A stretch of DNA of 61,350 bases. Source: SAR86 cluster bacterium (GTDB taxonomy: Bacteria > Pseudomonadota > Gammaproteobacteria > Magnimaribacterales > TMED112). The notes under the pieces were generated by a model, which ran no database searches, was not told where the DNA came from, and saw only the letters and a program-made list of their open reading frames with translations. The stretch is taken from assembly GCA_004321845.1 (NCBI GenBank), contig SHBL01000001.1:1-61350 (forward strand), written 5' to 3'. Numbering within the stretch: position 1 is the stretch's first letter; the number at the start of each line of letters is the position of its first letter. Positions 59,870 to 61,350 of the stretch are shown piece after piece. Both the position numbers and the translations under genes were made by a program.

Positions 59870-60715
59870 CTATGCTTTTTTTGTGTGCTCAATCAAGAGT
59901 GTTGGAACATTATTAGTATGAGAGCTTATTGTGGCAACTAATGTACCTTCTTTTACGCCTGACCTAATATCTGAAACCTCAACATTATTTGCTACCAACC
60001 TTTTTCTAGTTTTCGATATATCTCTTACACCCCATGCCAATCCCCACAAAGAATCCTTTGGTGTATCTTCATCATTTTTTTCTTCGATGACTTCAATTGT
60101 TGTTTTATTTAATCTAAAAAATAAAATTCTTTTTTTCCAAGCTTCAACAAACTTATCTAAAGCCAACCTTATTCCAAATATATCTCTATATACCTTAATA
60201 AAACCGTTAATATCGTTAGTCTTGACTACAACTTGCTCTAATCTGCTTACAGTGCTTTTGTCTTTTGTAAATAATGGCAATCCTTCTGATTTATGCTCGA
60301 TAACAAAAGAAAATATGCCTCTTGTTAATTCATTTGGCAAAAATTGCAATAACCATTCTCTTTGTTCATTTTGTTCATTCTTTCCTTCTCCATCAGATAG
60401 TTCTGATAAAGAATGTCCACTTTTTTTAATAATCTCTCTGAAAGAGTTGATATCTTTTGTTCCTAAAACCAAACCTAATAAACTATCGCCTTTTTCCTTG
60501 ATAGTTTGCTTTACTAGGTCGGCGCCAATGCCTGATCCAGTTGCTGAAAGAAGCTCTAAATATGTGTTTTCAAAGTTAAATAGTACATTTGAGGTTCCAA
60601 GTGCATCATGGGCTCCACTCCAAACAGGTTTTAAACCTAAAATCTTTGTGTAATTTTCTTCTGCTGAATGTAAGTCTTCAACAACAATAATAATATGGTC
60701 GACAGTCTCAATCAT
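59870..60715 (-). CDS. VOC (glyoxalase/dioxygenase-fold) family protein, two-domain
   Basis: 281 aa. MIETVDHIIIVVEDLHSAEENYTKILGL is typical of the first beta-alpha-beta-beta-beta module. A second module lies around RLEQVVVKTNDINGFIKVYRDIFG. Confidence 0.6.
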   Translation of the reverse strand: MIETVDHIIIVVEDLHSAEENYTKILGLKPVWSGAHDALGTSNVLFNFENTYLELLSATGSGIGADLVKQTIKEKGDSLLGLVLGTKDINSFREIIKKSGHSLSELSDGEGKNEQNEQREWLLQFLPNELTRGIFSFVIEHKSEGLPLFTKDKSTVSRLEQVVVKTNDINGFIKVYRDIFGIRLALDKFVEAWKKRILFFRLNKTTIEVIEEKNDEDTPKDSLWGLAWGVRDISKTRKRLVANNVEVSDIRSGVKEGTLVATISSHTNNVPTLLIEHTKKA

Positions 60716-60732
60716 ATGAATCTAAGGGATGC

Positions 60733-61200
60733 TTATTCCCAATTTACATTTAGAATATTTTCTTCTAATTCAAATTTGCTAAGAAATTGGTCTTCTAATG
60801 GAATAATAATATCTTCTTGGTCTGTTTTAATAAATATAAGATCAGAAGCTCCATGATTCTCTAACTTATATATTTTACCCAGGGATCTGGAATTTTGATC
60901 AATGACCTCGCAGCCAATTAAATCATTCCAATAGATAGCGTCATCATCTTGACGCATATCTTCTTCAAGTACAAAAATTTCTTTGTTTACCAACTCCTTT
61001 ACATCATCAATAGAATCAATGTTTTCAATTTTTGCTATAAAAGATTTAGAAGTACTTATAAATTTTATTTTTATAGGATCATGATTCTCAAAAAAAAATT
61101 TTGTAAAAGCTAGAATATTTTTTGGGGGGTTGCAGTATGAAATAACATTAATTTCACCTTTCAAACCGTGGGTTTTCCCAAATTTTGCTACTGGGATAAT
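60733..61200 (-). CDS. rimM: 16S rRNA processing protein RimM (start uncertain, probably non-canonical)
   Basis: The ORF-track TTG at 61164 would remove the conserved N-terminal motif, yet in-frame IIPVAKFGKTHGLKGE (compare E. coli IVLGKMGSSYGIRGW) is encoded at 61162-61200 (ending at the TTG itself; KGE is ORF residues 2-4). There is no ATG, GTG or TTG upstream; candidates are ATT 61200, ATA 61206 and CTG 61230. Confidence 0.75.
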   Translation of the reverse strand: MIPVAKFGKTHGLKGEINVISYCNPPKNILAFTKFFFENHDPIKIKFISTSKSFIAKIENIDSIDDVKELVNKEIFVLEEDMRQDDDAIYWNDLIGCEVIDQNSRSLGKIYKLENHGASDLIFIKTDQEDIIIPLEDQFLSKFELEENILNVNWE

Positions 61201-61207
61201 TTTTATA

Positions 61208-61350
61208 CTACTGATCTTTCTTTTCTTCAGTATTTTCTTCTGCTGGAGCTTCCTCTGCTGCTTCTGCTGGAGCTTCCTCTGCTGCTTCTGCTGGAGCTTC
61301 CTCTGCTGGAGCTTCCTCTGCTGCTTCTGCTGGAGCTTCCTCTGCTGCTT
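61208..61350 (-). CDS. 5'-truncated CDS ending in an acidic Ala/Glu/Pro repeat tail; probably the C-terminal extension of ribosomal protein S16, by synteny
   Basis: The minus strand reads ...AAEEAPAEAAEEAPAEEAPAEAAEEAPAEAAEEAPAEENTEEKKDQ*, with TAG at 61208-61210. The position upstream of rimM-trmD-rplS suggests rpsP, but the S16 core lies outside the window. Confidence 0.45.
   Translation of the reverse strand, partial: AAEEAPAEAAEEAPAEEAPAEAAEEAPAEAAEEAPAEENTEEKKDQ
61238..61350. repeat. modular tandem repeat (15-nt tgctggagcttcctc and 9-nt tgctgcttc units)
   Basis: Pattern A B A B A A B A B(partial), running off the window end and encoding EEAPA and EAA blocks. Confidence 0.85.

Noticed and set aside
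59931-60653. 240-aa ORF on the plus strand, fully antisense to the VOC gene. Similar long antisense ORFs occur at 28806-29339 (177 aa, in fabD), 36652-37059 (in lepA), 8597-8989 (in clpA), 19638-19985 (in gltB) and 38090-38395 (in degP).
   Set aside because: Their translations are low-complexity and Ser/Leu/Phe-rich with no motifs, and they lie entirely within well-supported genes on the other strand. These are typical shadow ORFs produced by codon periodicity in AT-rich coding DNA.

Overview
Visibly AT-rich, extremely compact chromosomal window, roughly 96-97% coding by my hand tally. Core-gene synteny looks gammaproteobacterial, resembling E. coli and Pseudomonas clusters, which suggests a streamlined marine lineage; I cannot name the taxon from sequence alone. 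Most of the window is housekeeping: aceBA-purB-mnmA, icd, clpSA, infA, gltBD, the rpmF-fabDG-acpP-mltG-tmk-holB cluster, a 19-gene co-directional run from sdhE/rpoE through lepA-lepB-era-recO-acpS-adk, ung, serA, nrdAB, mdh, and an unbroken minus-strand array (rpsP tail)-rimM-VOC-trmD-rplS-xerD-dsbC-prfB-lysS-GH81-YHYH-MORN. No rRNA, tRNA, CRISPR array or mobile element was seen. Items worth a second look: (1) a glutamine (glnA-motif) riboswitch, preceded by an unexplained repeated hairpin/SD-like leader, in front of a TorF-like porin-Amt-secreted amidase module that lies divergent from gltBD; (2) a lipoprotein operon of GH81 beta-1,3-glucanase, an uncharacterised YHYH-domain protein and a MORN protein, where the first two share a 64-nt identical leader/PT-linker cassette and the operon is start/stop-coupled to lysS; (3) an anti-sigma-E protein that looks like an RseA N-domain fused to an RseB C-domain; (4) a VOC-fold gene inserted into the conserved rimM-trmD operon, with rimM apparently needing a non-canonical start; (5) perfect or near-perfect DnaA boxes at three loci, including a 10+10 palindrome upstream of ung, plus tandem NrdR boxes at nrdA; (6) a 0.5-kb AT-rich non-coding gap inside an accessory islet (GNAT, orphan, giant M14 peptidase, TolB-N/TPR membrane protein). 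All functional calls rest on motif-level recognition of the supplied translations and on my own reading of the DNA. No database search was run.
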